Assembly: GCA_964016885.1 (NCBI GenBank)
Contig: OZ024765.1
Location: forward strand, 4,340,001-4,404,000
Source: Eledone cirrhosa
Taxonomy: Eukaryota
DNA length: 64,000 nucleotides
Reading direction: 5' to 3'
Made by a program: the position numbers and the translations under genes. A model generated the notes under the pieces. The model was not told the DNA's origin and did not search any database. It saw only the letters and a program-made list of their open reading frames with translations. This document shows positions 1 through 12,949 of the stretch, piece after piece (the first letter of the stretch is position 1; every line of letters begins with the position of its first letter).

Positions 1-262
1 TGTCTACTTTTGGCACAAGGCCAGAAATTACCCCAGTGTATTACTGGTACTTTATTTTATCACCCCTGTAATAATTGTTTCTACTTATTATGGGAGCACA
101 AGGCCAGAAATTACCCAGTGTATTACTGGTACTTTATTTTATCGACCCCGTAAGGATGAAAGGCAAAGTTAACCTCGGTGGGATTTGAACTCAGATTGGA
201 AAGGGCCGTAACTCTATGCGTCAAAGCATGGTGTCCAACCCTCTACCGATACTGCCAATCCA
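1..262 (-). mobile_element. tRNA-derived SINE, family S1 (Meta-like central domain), with a duplicated 3' part
   Basis: Reverse complement gives A-box-like TGGCAGTATCGG, B-box GAGTTCAAATCC and the core GCCTTTCATCCTTACGGGGTCGATAAAATAAAGTACCAG. More than 12 copies occur in the window. Confidence 0.85.
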
Positions 263-1066
263 CAGTACACACAAACACACTTGTACATACACACACACAC
301 TAGTACATACACACACACACACACACCAGTACATACACACACTGGAAACACACACACACACACCAGTACATACACACTAGTACACCCACACACCAGTGCA
401 CACACACACACGAGTACACACCCACACAGACACCTACACATATACACCCACACACACCCACACACACATACCCCCCCCCCCCCCACACGCTAGGGTAATA
501 ATAACAATTCTTTAAGTAACAGACATGCAATAAAAAAAATTGACAATTTGTTTTCCCTTTCAATACAATTTGAAAGTAATCATAATTCACAGATTCACAC
601 ATATATTGTGTGGTGGGGGTATGGGGGATGATGTGTGTGTGTAATGGCGTGGGTGTGTGGGTGGGTGGGTATGGGGGATGATGTGTGTGTGTGTGTGTAA
701 GGGTGTGGGTGGGTGTGAGGGTTGGTGTTTGTGTGGGTGTGTATGTGTGTGTGGGTGTCTGTGTGTGTGTGTGTGGGTGTATTTGTGTAGGTGTCTGCGT
801 GGGTGTGTACTAGTGTGTGTGTGCGCGTGCACTGGTGTGTGTGTGTGTACTAGCGTGTATGTACTGGTGTGTGTGTAATGGTGTGTGTGTGTGTGTATGT
901 GTTTCCAGTGTGTGTATGTACTGGTGTGTGTGTGTGTGTATGTACTAGTGTGTGTGTGTGTGTACTAGTGCGTGTGTATGTACTGGTGTGTGTGTATGTA
1001 CTAGTGCGTGTGTGTATGTACTAGTGCGTGTGTGTATGTACTGGTGTGAGTCTGTGTGTGTGTGTT
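263..1066. repeat. Complex (CA)n/(TG)n microsatellite arms in inverted orientation around a unique spacer at ~490-605
   Basis: 421-455 CCCACACAGACACCTACACATATACACCCACAC is mirrored at ~771-803. The ORF track shows matching peptides on opposite strands. Confidence 0.8.
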
Positions 1067-1252
1067 AGAGACATCAACAGTAGGAGACATGTCTAATTGT
1101 CAGATAACATGAGAGAAATAATGAGTTGAAAGCTCTAACAATTGTCAGCTAAGCTAAATATCAGTGATTCCTTAACTCTATTATCTCACACCATTCACCT
1201 ACTTGTATATTTAGTTTTATAATTTCGTCCTCCGACAGGACACCTTGGAGTC

Positions 1253-1972
1253 TGTGTTGTGTTCTTGAGCAAAACACTTCATTTAATGTCACCCCAGTGG
1301 CGAAGGTGTTATACCAGGTGTGGACAACCATTTTCGAGAAGCGGGATGCAATTTCTGGACTGGGTTGTGTGCTGTGTTCTTGAGCAAAACACTTCATTTA
1401 ATGTCACCCCAGTGGCGAAGGTGTTATACCAGGTGTGGGCAACCATTTTCGAGAAGCGGGATGCAATTTCTGGACTGGGTTGTGTGTTGTGTTCTTGAGC
1501 AAAACACTTCATTTAATGTCACCCCAGTGGCGAAGGTGTTATACCAGGTGTGGGCAACCATTTTCGAGAAGCGGGACGCAATTTCTGGACTGGGTTGTGT
1601 GTTGTGTTCTTGAGCAAAACACTTCATTTAATGTCACCCCAGTGGCGAAGGTGTTATACCAGGTGTGGGCAACCATTTTCGAGAAGCGGGATGCAATTTC
1701 TGGACTGGGTTGTGTGTTGTGTTCTTGAGCAAAACACTTCATTTAATGTCACCCCAGTGGCGAAGGTGTTATACCAGGTGTGGGCAACCATTTTCGAGAA
1801 GCGGGACGCAATTTCTGGACTGGGTTGTGTGTTGTGTTCTTGAGCAAAACATTTCATTTAATGTCACCCCAGTGGTGAAGGTGTTATACCAGGTGTGGGC
1901 AACCATTTTCGAGAAGCGGGATGCAATTTCTGGACTGAGTTGTGTGTTGTGTTCTTTAGCAAAACACTTCAT
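1253..1972 (+). repeat. 115-bp tandem repeat (~6 copies) built from a CORE-SINE segment plus a hAT-like terminus
   Basis: The period is 115 (ORF starts 1320, 1435, 1550, 1665). The unit contains GTGTTCTTGAGCAAAACACTT and CAGGTGTGGGCAACCATTTT. Confidence 0.9.
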
Positions 1973-1976
1973 TTAA

Positions 1977-2180
1977 CCCTTTAGCATTTAAACCGGCCAT
2001 ATCTGGCCAGAATTCTCTCACCTTTTTCTATTTAAACCGGCCATAACTGGGTGCTTATACTAATGTTAATAAACTGTTCTCAAAATAAATAACATCAAAA
2101 TAGATTCGATATTATGTAAGATAAAGCCTTTACCACAAAAAATACAATAGTATATATAGAGTAATGTAAATGGTAAAGGG
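1977..2180. mobile_element. piggyBac-like MITE, family M1
   Basis: TTAA|CCCTTTAGCATTTA ... TAAATGGTAAAGGG|TTAA gives TIRs with a TTAA target duplication at 1973-1976 and 2181-2184. Confidence 0.85.
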
Positions 2181-2189
2181 TTAAAGTTG

Positions 2190-2375
2190 CTCCAGTGGTG
2201 AAGGTATTAGATTTAAGATCCTAATGTTGTAGGTTCAATTCCTGGACTGGGTTCTGTGTTGTGTTCTTGAGCAAAACACTTCATTTCGTGTTGCTCCAGT
2301 ATATTCAGCTGAAAATGAGTACCTGCAATATCTGGGGGTTTAATCCTGTGATGGACTGGAGTCCTGTCCAGGGTG
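2190..2375 (+). mobile_element. Degenerate CORE-type SINE, family S2
   Basis: GGTTCAATTCC B-box followed by GTGTTCTTGAGCAAAACACTT...TTGCTCCAGT...CAGCTG; similar to 19385-19731. Confidence 0.7.
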
Positions 2376-2439
2376 AAGTCTTGTATTGTCAGTCACTTAA
2401 CGCTTTAGAAATGTCTCATTCTCCATTGCTGTATCTTAT

Positions 2440-3600
2440 CACAACCCTTCAGGACATCCTTATAAACACCTTGGTTTGTTTGTGTGTGTTTCTGACATGA
2501 GGGATTTGTTGCTACAAACAGCATCCATCCAGACATCTGGTAGATCTTTATAAAGTCCCTGGTATGTTGTGTGTATTTCTGCCATGATGTATCTGTTGCC
2601 CTACACCACAAACATGTGTAGAATCAGTCTAGAGACCTGGTAGATATTTATAAAGTCCCTGGTATGTTGTGTGTATTTCTGCCATTGTGTACCTATTGCC
2701 CTACACCACAAACATGTGTAGAATCAGTCTAGAGACCTGGGAGATCTTTATAAAGTCCCTGGTATGTTGTGTGTATTTCTGCCATTGTGTACCTGTTGCC
2801 CTACACCACAAACATGTGTAGAATAGGTCTAGAGACCTGGTAGATCTTTATAAAGTCCCTGGTATGTTGTGTGTATTTCTGCCATTGTGTACCTATTGCC
2901 CTACACCACAAAAATGTGTAGAATCAGTCTAGAGACCTGGGAGATCTTTATAAAGTCCCTGGTATGTTGTGTGTATTTCTGCCATTGTGTACCTGTTGCC
3001 CTACACCACAAACATGTGTAGAATAGGTCTAGAGACCTGGTAGATCTTTATAAAGTCCCTGGTATGTTGTGTGTATTTCTGCCATTGTGTACCTATTGCC
3101 CTACACCACAAAAATGTGTAGAATCAGTCTAGAGACCTGGGAGATCTTTATAAAGTCCCTGGTATGTTGTGTGTATTTCTGCCATTGTGTACCTGTTGCC
3201 CTACACCACAAACATGTGTAGAATCAGTCTAGAGACCTGGTAGATCTTTATAAAGTCCCTGGTTTGTTGTGTGTATTTCTGCCATTGTGTACCTATTGCC
3301 CTACACCACAAAAATGTGTAGAATCAGTCTAGAGACCTGGGAGATATTTATAAAGTCCCTGGTTTGTTGTGTGTATTTCTGCCATTGTGTACCTATTGCC
3401 CTACACCACAAAAATGTGTAGAATCAGTCTAGAGACCTGGGAGATATTTATAAAGTCCCTGGTTTGTTGTGTGTTCTTGGTATGGAGTATCTGTTGCCCT
3501 ACACAGCTCACATGTGAAGCATCTGTCTAGAAACCCACAGGAGGCCATTATAAAGTTCTTGCTTTGTTGTGTGTGTTCCTGCTCTGATGTATTTGTTGCC
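2440..3600. repeat. 100-bp tandem satellite (~9 homogeneous copies, diverged edge copies) with dimeric higher-order pattern
   Basis: AGAGACCTGG recurs every 100 bp. TAGAT/GAGAT and CCTATT/CCTGTT alternate between successive units. Confidence 0.95.
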
Positions 3601-4275
3601 ATTCGCTCATATATATACACACATACACATATAAATATATACTAATACTCACACAAACACACACACACACATATATACAAACACACATGCACACACACAC
3701 ACACAAACACACACATATATATATACAGACACATATATGCACATAAACACACACACACACACACACAACATAGTCACACATTCAAATTTATTTTTCCACC
3801 ATCCTTCCATTAAACAATTCACAGAAATTACTGAAATACATCATCATCATCACCACCATCATCATCATTATCTGCACCATCACCATCGCTGTCATCACTA
3901 TCATCATCACCATCATCACAACCAACCCTCCTCACCACACCATCACCCTGCCGCCCCCACCCCCACCACTACCATCACCTCCCACCACCATCACCCCCCA
4001 CCCCTTCCTCATCCTGGCCAAAAAATAAATCATTAAAAAATGTAAAAAAAAAAAAAAATAAAGTAAAAGTAAATGAAAAAAGAAAAAATAGAAACATTTG
4101 AAAACAAAAACAACTACAAGAACAACAACAACAATTACTAAAATGTACCAAAAGCAACAACGTGACTAAAATTGTAACTAGTTAATGGAGAAAGCCTATA
4201 TGTGGTCATTTATGTGGTTAGAAATAACAGCCAATTGTTCATTTTGATACTAAACCACCATTGAAGATATCCTAT

Positions 4276-5590
4276 TTTACCTCACATAACATTTACATTA
4301 CTCTATATATACTATTGTATTTTCATGGTAAAGGCTTTACCTCACATAACATTTACATTACTCTATATATACTATTGTATTTTCACAGTAAAGGCTTTAC
4401 CTCACATAATATCTCACATAACATTTACATTACTCTATATATACTATTGTATTTTCACAGTAAAGGCTTTACCTCACATAATATCTCACATAACATTTAC
4501 ATTACTCTATATATACTATTATATTTTCACAGTAAAGGCTTTACCTCACATAATACCTCACATAACATTTACATTACTCTATATATACTATTATATTTTC
4601 ACAGTAAAGGCTTTACCTCACATAATATCTCACATAACATTTACATTACTCTATATATACTATTATATTTTCACAGTAAAGGCTTTACCTCACATAATAT
4701 CTCACATAACATTTACATTACTCTATATATACTATTGTATTTTCACAGTAAAGGCTTTACCTCACATAATATCTCACATAACATTTACATTACTCTATAT
4801 ATACTATTATATTTTCACAGTAAAGGCTTTACCTCACATAATATCTCACATAACATTTACATTACTCTATATATACTATTATATTTTCACAGTAAAGGCT
4901 TTACCTCACATAATACCTCACATAACATTTACATTACTCTATATATACTATTATATTTTCACAGTAAAGGCTTTACCTCACATAATATCTCACATAACAT
5001 TTACATTACTCTATATATACTATTATATTTTCACAGTAAAGGCTTTACCTCACATAATATCTCACATAACATTTACATTACTCTATATATACTATTGTAT
5101 TTTCACAGTAAAGGCTTTACCTCACATAATATCTCACATAACATTTACATTACTCTATATATACTATTATATTTTCACAGTAAAGGCTTTACCTCACATA
5201 ATATCTCACATAACATTTACATTACTCTATATATACTATTGTATTTTCATGGTAAAGGCTTTACCTCACATAACATTTACATTACTCTATATATACTATT
5301 GTATTTTCATGGTAAAGGCTTTACCTCACATAACATTTACATTACTCTATATATACTATTGTATTTTCATGGTAAAGGCTTTACCTCACATAACATTTAC
5401 ATTACTCTATATATACTATTGTATTTTCATGGTAAAGGCTTTACCTCACATAACATTTACATTACTCTATATATACTATTGTATTTTCATGGTAAAGGCT
5501 TTACCTCACATAACATTTACATTACTCTATAAATACTATTGTATTTTCATGGTAAAGGCTTTACCTCACATAATATCTCACATAATATCT
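4276..5590 (+). repeat. 72/60-bp satellite amplified from the arm of MITE M1
   Basis: The unit CATTTACATTACTCTATATATACTATTGTATTTTCACAGTAAAGGCTTTACCTCACATAA(TATCTCACATAA) matches MITE 61933-62156. The rest of the MITE follows at 5590-5680. Confidence 0.95.
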
Positions 5591-5798
5591 ATTCTATGAG
5601 AATTTTTTATTATTTATTTTGAGAACAATACCATAACATCGGTATGAGCAGCCAGTTATGGCCAGTTTGAACAGAAAGAGGATATGACAGTCAACTTTGC
5701 CTTTTATCCTGCCAAATACCAGTCATATACTGAGGTCTATAATTGACTTTCTGTCCTCTCAGAATTGCTGTCTTCATGCCTTAATTATAAACCATTAA

Positions 5799-6202
5799 CC
5801 CTTTAGCATTTACATTATTCTACATTCATGATAATATTTTCACATTAAAGGCTTTAACTCACATAATTATCTCACATAATATCTAATCTATGATATTTTG
5901 ATATTATTGGCAGTATTGGTAGAGGGTTGGAGGCTATGCTTTGCAGCATAGAGCTACATCTCTTTGGGCTCTGAGTTCAAATCCTGCCAAGGTTAAATTT
6001 GCCTTTCATCCTTACGGGAGTTGATAAAATAAAGTATCAGTAATACACTGGAATAATTGCTGGCCTTGTGCCAAAAGTAGAAACAATTATTTATTTTGAG
6101 AACAATACCTTAACATCAGTATGAGTGGTCAATTACAGCCAGTTTGAACAGAAAGAGGTGAGAGAATTCTGGCTGGATATGGCCGGTTTAAAAGCTAAAG
6201 GG
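5799..6202. mobile_element. MITE M1 with a nested S1 SINE at ~5908-6090
   Basis: TTAA-CCCTTTAGCATTT ... AAAGCTAAAGGG-TTAA. The SINE A/B boxes and core interrupt the MITE body. Confidence 0.85.
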
Positions 6203-6336
6203 TTAAGTGATGGCTGTATTATTTCAAAATATTAATTTTGTTAACGAAGCATTCATTAATAACATGACTACTTTTTTAAAAGCTGGAGTCAATTCTTCCT
6301 CTATCTCTCTCTCTCTCTTTCCTTCTCTGAAAGAAA

Positions 6337-6778
6337 TCATCTTCATCATCACCGTTTTACGTCCATTCTTCCATGTTAGCATGGGTTAGATGGGTTGTCT
6401 TGTTGTGGGCAATGCCAGGTCAGGTGACCATGTCTTGCTCATACAGAACTGATTTTAGTTTGATTTCTACAGATGGATGCCCTTCCTAACACCAACCTTT
6501 TTTACTGTGAGTGCTGGGTGCTTTATTTTCCATGGCAATTACACGTCCACTTTACAGTGTGGGCTGGGTGCTTTTTTGTCGTGGCACCTCCACGACCACT
6601 TTACAGTGGGATGGGGTGGGGGCATATTGTCTATATGCTTCAGCTTCAGCTTGTACCCATGGGAACTCGGGTCTTCTGTATTTCTGTGTGATGCCAGAGG
6701 TCACAGTCCTGTGTCATCACCTTTGAGAGGTGCAATTGGGAAAGGTCGAGGTCGGCTTTTATCACCTCATCCCAGGTC
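6337..6778 (-). mobile_element. 5'-truncated RTE LINE 3' end
   Basis: (CAT)n tail and CCATGTTAGCATGGGTTAGA; matches the 3' end of the RTE at 60445-61710. Confidence 0.8.
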
Positions 6779-6784
6779 TTATAT

Positions 6785-7025
6785 ATGTATGCAAAAGGCA
6801 TACAGAAATAACAAAGCAAATGACACAGTACAATGAAGAAATATATCAGTTTTACACTTGATATAGTAGGAAAAGAGTCTTAATGCTAGTCCTTCATCAG
6901 AAAATAGAATGAGAAATTAAAGAAGAAATAGAAAGATTGAGGAGACGGGCAGGGCAGAAGTGAAAATAAAAAATGTTTAGAGGAAAATATCAGGTCCATT
7001 AATGTTGCCATCTGTTGGAAAACTG
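6785..7025 (-). mobile_element. Penelope-like terminal fragment, family J, with a deleted HHR
   Basis: The minus strand reads CTGATGAAGGACTAGCA-TTAAGAC. The homologue at 16428-16660 retains TCTGAAACGTT. Confidence 0.55.
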
Positions 7026-7561
7026 GTGATGCAGGCATTTTGTGTATGATATACTTTTAATTAAAAGGTGATGATGGAGCGTGTGCGAGTCCCGGGTTCA
7101 ATTGGAAATAACCACAGTTAGTAAGGTACTCAATACTTTAGTTGACTGTAAACATCAAGTTTAATATAGAAATGGTTTCTACAGGACTAGAACTGTTTCA
7201 TTCTGAGAATGCAACCACTCCACCCTGTTTGATATTTATATTGGTGCCACAATAAACAGCACCCAATCTACCCTGTTAGATGGTCTTGCTGGTGCCACAA
7301 ACACCATCCTAATCACGAGAAAGTTAGTTATTTTACTAAATCCATAAAAATTATTGATTATTTTCAAAATTATTTGAAAACGATAGCCAGTATTTTTCAT
7401 TTGAAATATGATAAGGAAAGGATTTAGTGTTTATATTTATCTAAAAATCATAATTTTATATAAAAACTTTTGTTAAATTATGTTCCAGATACCAGCTTAA
7501 TTACAAGCAAGTTGTATTACTAAATCCATTAAAATTGTTGATTATTTTGAAAATTATTTGA

Positions 7562-8548
7562 AAAGACATAGACAGTGTCTTTCATTAGAAATATGGTAAT
7601 GAAAGGGTTAATGACATAGACAGTGTCTTTCATTAGAAATATGGTAATGAAAGGGTTAAAGACAGACAGTGTCTTTCATTAGAAATATGGTAATGAAAGG
7701 GTTAATTACATAGACAGTGTCTTTCATTAGAAATATGGTAATGAAAGGGTTAATGACATAGACAGTATCTTTCATTAGAAATATGGTAATGAAAGGGTTA
7801 ATGACATAGGCAGTGTCTTTCATTAGAAATATGGTAATGAAAGTGTTAAAGACATAGACAGTGTCTTTCATTAGAAATATGGTAATGAAAGGGTTAAAGA
7901 CAGACAGTGTCTTTCATTAGAAATATGGTAATGAAAGGGTTAATTACATAGACAGTGTCTTTCATTAGAAATATGGTAATGAAAGGGTTAATGACATAGA
8001 CAGTATCTTTCATTAGAAATATGGTAATGAAAGGGTTAATGACATAGGCAGTGTCTTTCATTAGAAATATGGTAATGAAAGTGTTAAAGACATAGACAGT
8101 GTCTTTCATTAGAAATATGGTAATGAAAGGTTAAAGACATAGACAGTGTCTTTCATTAGAAATATGGTAATGAAAGCGTTAAAGACATAGACAGTGTCTT
8201 TCATTAGAAATATGGTAATGAAAGAGTTAATGACATAGACAGTATCTTTCATTAGAAATATGGTAATGAAAGGGTTAATGACATAGGCAGTGTCTTTCAT
8301 TAGAAATATGGTAATGAAAGTGTTAAAGACATAGACAGTGTCTTTCATTAGAAATATGGTAATGAAAGGGTTAAAGACATAGACAGTGTCTTTCATTAGA
8401 AATATGGTAATGAAAGGTTAAAGACATAGACAGTGTCTTTCATTAGAAATATGGTAATGAAAGCGTTAAAGACATAGACAGTGTCTTTCATTAGAAATAT
8501 GGTAATGAAAGGGTTAAAGACATAGACAGTGTCTTTCATTAGAAATAT
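7562..8548. repeat. 48-bp satellite of a piggyBac-like MITE terminus with a 238-bp higher-order repeat
   Basis: The unit ends in AAAGGGTTAA. Identical blocks are offset by 238 (ORFs at 7656 and 7894). Confidence 0.95.
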
Positions 8549-9092
8549 GTACCAGCCAAAATCTGCTTTAAATCCAGAAAAAGTTTCCTAAAGAGTGTCA
8601 TGCCCCTTGGAACATCAAGCATAACTCGTTGGGAAGAAAAACATAATGACTTCCCATCAGTAACAACAATTAAGCTAAAGGTGAGCAAGGCATTGCCCCC
8701 TGGAGCTAAAGGTGAACAAGGCATTTCCCCCTGGAGCTAAAGGTGAGCAAGGCACTTCCCCCTGGAGCTAAAGGTGAGCAAGGCATTGCCCCCTGGAGAA
8801 AATACAAACTATGCAGTGTGGAAAAGCCTAAACAAACTAAGATCTGGTGTTGGTCGTGCAAAAGTCACTCTTGCAAAATAGTGATATTTAAAGGATGGGG
8901 ACGTTGTGTGTGACTGTGGTATGAAACCACAGACTACACAGCACCTCTTGATATACCCCCTGCTGGAACACCCCTGTACAGTATTGGACTTGGCAAGAGT
9001 TTAATAAGAAAGGACAGCAATGTGTTCAGCTGTGACAGAACCTAATCTAGCCAAGCTTTGTAACTGACACTCTTGTGGACACGACAAGAAGA
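8549..9092 (+). mobile_element. Vingi/Ingi-like LINE 3' fragment (decayed), with an internal 31-bp repeat x4 at 8672-8797
   Basis: Translates to LKSRKSFL...LPPG...WKSLNKLRSGVGRAK...CDCGMKPQTTQHLL, a C-terminal zinc-knuckle region. It has in-frame stops and ends GACACGACAAGAAG. Confidence 0.75.
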
Positions 9093-9310
9093 CCCTCATT
9101 CATTCTTGTATATATATATAGTGTATATATAATGTTATATATATAATGTTATATATATTGATGTTTTGTGTATATATATATATAGTGTATATAGTTGTTG
9201 TGTCTCTCTGTTGTATATAGTATATATATATATATATATATAATATATATAGTGGTGTCTTGTCTCTGTTGTATATAGTGTAATATATATATATATATAT
9301 ATATATATAT

Positions 9311-9536
9311 GGAAAGTTATATTTAAATTGTTGGGTTACAACTAGTAAATATTTATAACTGATATAAAAGCACTTGACAAGTATTTGGAGTATATTGGTA
9401 ATCTATTTATCTATAAAACTGTTTATATTGTATTTTGTCTGAGGAAGGCATAGCATATTGTTAATATGATATCCCTGAAATATATATAATGAAATAAATA
9501 TGGTTTTATAAATATAGTTTCCATTTATTTAATATC

Positions 9537-9581
<45 letters not shown>

Positions 9582-9644
9582 ATATTAATAAATGGAAACT
9601 ATATTTATAAAACCATATTTATTTTATTATACATATTTCAAGGG
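9311..9644. mobile_element. HHR-bearing non-coding element, family A, in inverted pieces around (TA)n
   Basis: Homologous to 38795-39233 and 49714-50168. 9473-9537 is mirrored at 9578-9644. Confidence 0.8.
9431..9496 (+). ncRNA. Type-I hammerhead ribozyme, family A
   Basis: TATTTTGT-CTGAGGA-AGGCATAGCATATTGTTAATATGATATCCCT-GAAA-TATATA-TA-ATGAAATA. Confidence 0.75.
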
Positions 9645-9901
9645 CAACCAAGGCAGATTATGGAGCGCTTTCATCAGATAAAATACGGATTTGTTTTATA
9701 AATAAATATTGACATACCCGGAAAAAAGACAACCTTAATGGTTGGAGCTTCCTGGATAGTGGAGATAATACTTTATTGAGGGATACAAAGTTATGAGGGA
9801 GTATGCAAATGAGTGTCTGAAAGGTTGAAAAGATAACGGTTTATTTAAATTAAACTGTTGGAAGAAGGTGATATGAATCCCAACAAATTAAATATAACCT
9901 C

Positions 9902-9947
<46 letters not shown>

Positions 9948-9953
<6 letters not shown>

Positions 9954-10329
9954 TGTCTTGTTTGTCTGTTGGTTAGTATGGTGTATATAATGTATATATA
10001 TAGTGCTTATATAATGTTGTATATATAGTGTATACATAATGTATATATATATTGGTGTCTTGTCTGTCTGTTGGTTAGTGTGGTGTATATAATGTATATA
10101 TATAGTGTTTATATAATGTTGTATATATAGTGTATATATAATGTATATATATATATTGGTGTCTTGTTTGTCTGTTGGTTAGTATGGTGTATATAATGTA
10201 TATATATAGTGTTTATATAATGTTGTATATATAGTGTATATATAATGTATATATATATATTGGTGTCTTGTCTGTCTGTTGGTTAGTGTGGTGTATATAA
10301 TGTATATATATATAGTGTTTATATAATGT

Positions 10330-10365
<36 letters not shown>

Positions 10366-11048
10366 TGTCTTGTCTGTCTGTTGGTTAGTATGGTGTATAT
10401 AATGTATATATATAGTGCTTATATAATGTTGTATATATAGTGTATACATAATGTATATATATATTGGTGTCTTGTCTGTCTGTTGGTTAGTGTGGTGTAT
10501 ATAATGTATATATAGTGTTTATATAATGTATATATAGTGTATACATAATGTATATATATATTGGTGTCTTGTCTGTCTGTTGGTTAGTATGGTGTATATA
10601 ATGTATATATAGTGTTTATATAATGTATATATAGTGTATACATAATGTATATATATATTGGTGTCTTGTCTGTCTGTTGGTTAGTATGGTGTATATAATG
10701 TATATATATAGTGTTTATATAATGTTGTATATATAATGTATATATATATATTGGTGTCTTGTCTGTCTGTTGGTTAGTATGGTGTATATAATGTATATAT
10801 ATATATTGGTGTCTTGTCTGTGTTGGTTAGTGTGGTGTATATAATGTATATATATAGTGCTTATATAATGTTGTATATATAGTGTATACATAATGTATAT
10901 ATATATTGGTGTCTTGTCTGTCTGTTGGTTAGTGTGGTGTATATAATGTATATATAGTGTTTATATAATGTTGTATATATAGTGTATACATAATGTATAT
11001 ATATATATATTGGTGTCTTGTCTGTCTGTTGGTTAGTGTGGTGTATAT
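9948..11048. repeat. ~100-bp TA-rich satellite running into the assembly gap
   Basis: TTGGTGTCTTGTCTGTCTGTTGGTTAGT recurs with variable (TA)n. Confidence 0.9.
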
Positions 11049-11248
11049 NNNNNNNNNNNNNNNNNNNNNNNNNNNNNNNNNNNNNNNNNNNNNNNNNNNN
11101 NNNNNNNNNNNNNNNNNNNNNNNNNNNNNNNNNNNNNNNNNNNNNNNNNNNNNNNNNNNNNNNNNNNNNNNNNNNNNNNNNNNNNNNNNNNNNNNNNNNN
11201 NNNNNNNNNNNNNNNNNNNNNNNNNNNNNNNNNNNNNNNNNNNNNNNN
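11049..11248. other. Assembly gap (200 N)
   Basis: Run of N. Confidence 1.
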
Positions 11249-11555
11249 CTTTCACTATCATATTTCCAATGTAAGACACTGTCTATGTCTTTAACCCTTT
11301 CACTATCATATTTCCAATGAAAGACACTGTCTATGTCATTAACCCTTTCACTATCATATTTCCAATGTAAGACACTGTCTATGTCTTTAACCCTTTCACT
11401 ATCATATTTCCAATGAAAGACACTGTCTATGTCTTTAACCCTTTCACTATCATATTTCCAATGAAAGACACTGCCTATGTCATTAACCCTTTCATTACCA
11501 TATTTCCAATGTAAGACACTGTCTATGTTACCATATTTTTAATGAAAGATACTGC
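11249..11555. repeat. 48-bp MITE-terminus satellite, inverted relative to 7562-8548
   Basis: Units read TTAACCCTTTCACTATCATATTTCCAATGAAAGACACTGTCTATGTC. Confidence 0.9.
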
Positions 11556-12000
11556 CAACACCTTTCAAATCATTTTGAAAATAATCAAGAATTTGGAATG
11601 ATTTAGTAATATAACTAACTTTCTCAGTAGTAATCTGCTGTTTTGGAACATAACTGAATAAAGTGTCTTACCTACAATGACGTGGGAAGGCTTTAGATAA
11701 ATACAAATGCTTTAATCCTTGTCACTAACGTATTTCTAATGAAATACACTTTGTGTGGTTTTTAAATAATTCTCTAGAGAGATTTAGATAAATATAAACA
11801 CATTAACTCTTTCATTACGATATTTCTAATAATTTTGAAAATAAAGTTACAACTGGTTTGAACAGAAAGAGGTGAGAGAATTGTGGCCGGATATGGCCGG
11901 TTTAAATGCTAAAGGGTTAAATAAATCTTATTGTCCAACAGTATTCAAACTGTTATTAATCTTCTCGGAGAAAGTCAATCTAAACATTATTTGAACAATA

Positions 12001-12630
12001 CTTGGACCCCGTACTGCTGAGCTCCTCCGCAAGATTGGAACATCGGCAGCCCGGCGAGGTTGGGTGGCTGTTGCCGCGGGTGACACTGGACATCATCCAG
12101 GGGGAATACTTTTGCCATCTTGTCCACGGGGCGCAGCACTCCTGCCCCCTTGCCCTAGGCCCAAAGTCTAATCACCCTCTCCCCTCACCCTCCTCTCTTC
12201 TGCGACACCAGAGCTCTTGCCACCCCCCTCCCTTTCCCATTCTTCTCTTCCTTCTTTCTCTCTCTTTTTTTTCTATATTTCTCTATTCTTTCTTTCCTTG
12301 TGTTTCCCCACCCCCTTTTTTTTCTTACTAAATAAGGTTGTTTTTTTTGCTTTTGAATAAATTTATTTACAAATAACCCTAGGGCCAAAGACACCAGAAG
12401 TCTTACTGCTAAGGGCACGACCGTAAACCTGTCGGAGAGTGACCACCGGTAGTTGGAGAGTGACCCTCCGCAGCCCGACATGCAGCAGAACCTAGGTTAG
12501 TCACAAGACGATGACAGTGGGAGTTCGGTTCTTCCGTGTTCGAACACATTGCACCTGTCATGTAGATCATATATACGATTCTGATTATCTCCATTGGAGA
12601 TATACCAAGAGATAAAATCCCCAATTTCCA
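12001..12630. mobile_element. CRE-like (restriction-like endonuclease) non-LTR retrotransposon remnant in two oppositely oriented pieces
   Basis: With frameshifts, the minus piece 12377-12620 gives CSNT...GSAACRAAE...NYRWSLSDRFTVVPLAV-TSGVFGPR, and the plus piece 12001-12135 gives GPRTAELLRKIG...EVGWLLPRVTLDIIQG-FAILSTG. Flanking 32-bp direct repeats lie at 11968-11999 and 12639-12670. Confidence 0.65.
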
Positions 12631-12949
12631 ACTTTTCTGAGAAAGGCAATCTAAATATTATTTGAACAATTTAAGAAGGTAAGTAGATAATTAACAAATA
12701 TTTTGATCTGCAACGCAGCGACAGGTAACAACCTGGTCTCCAATGAAAGACTTTGTCTGTGATTTTCAAACAATTTTGAAAATAACCAAGAATTTGAGGT
12801 TATTTAGTAAGAAAGCTGACATTTGGAACATAATATATTTTCTGATATAAAATTATGATGGATGGATTTTAGATGAAAATAAATCACAGAGTATCAGAGA
12901 ACCAGAGGCAGTTTCATATGGAGGGATGTCAACAGTCTACATATCTCAA

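Noticed and set aside
4261-5599. 423/424-aa ORFs, and the 509-aa ORF at 32471-34000
   Set aside because: They are translations of the 72/60-bp MITE-derived satellite.
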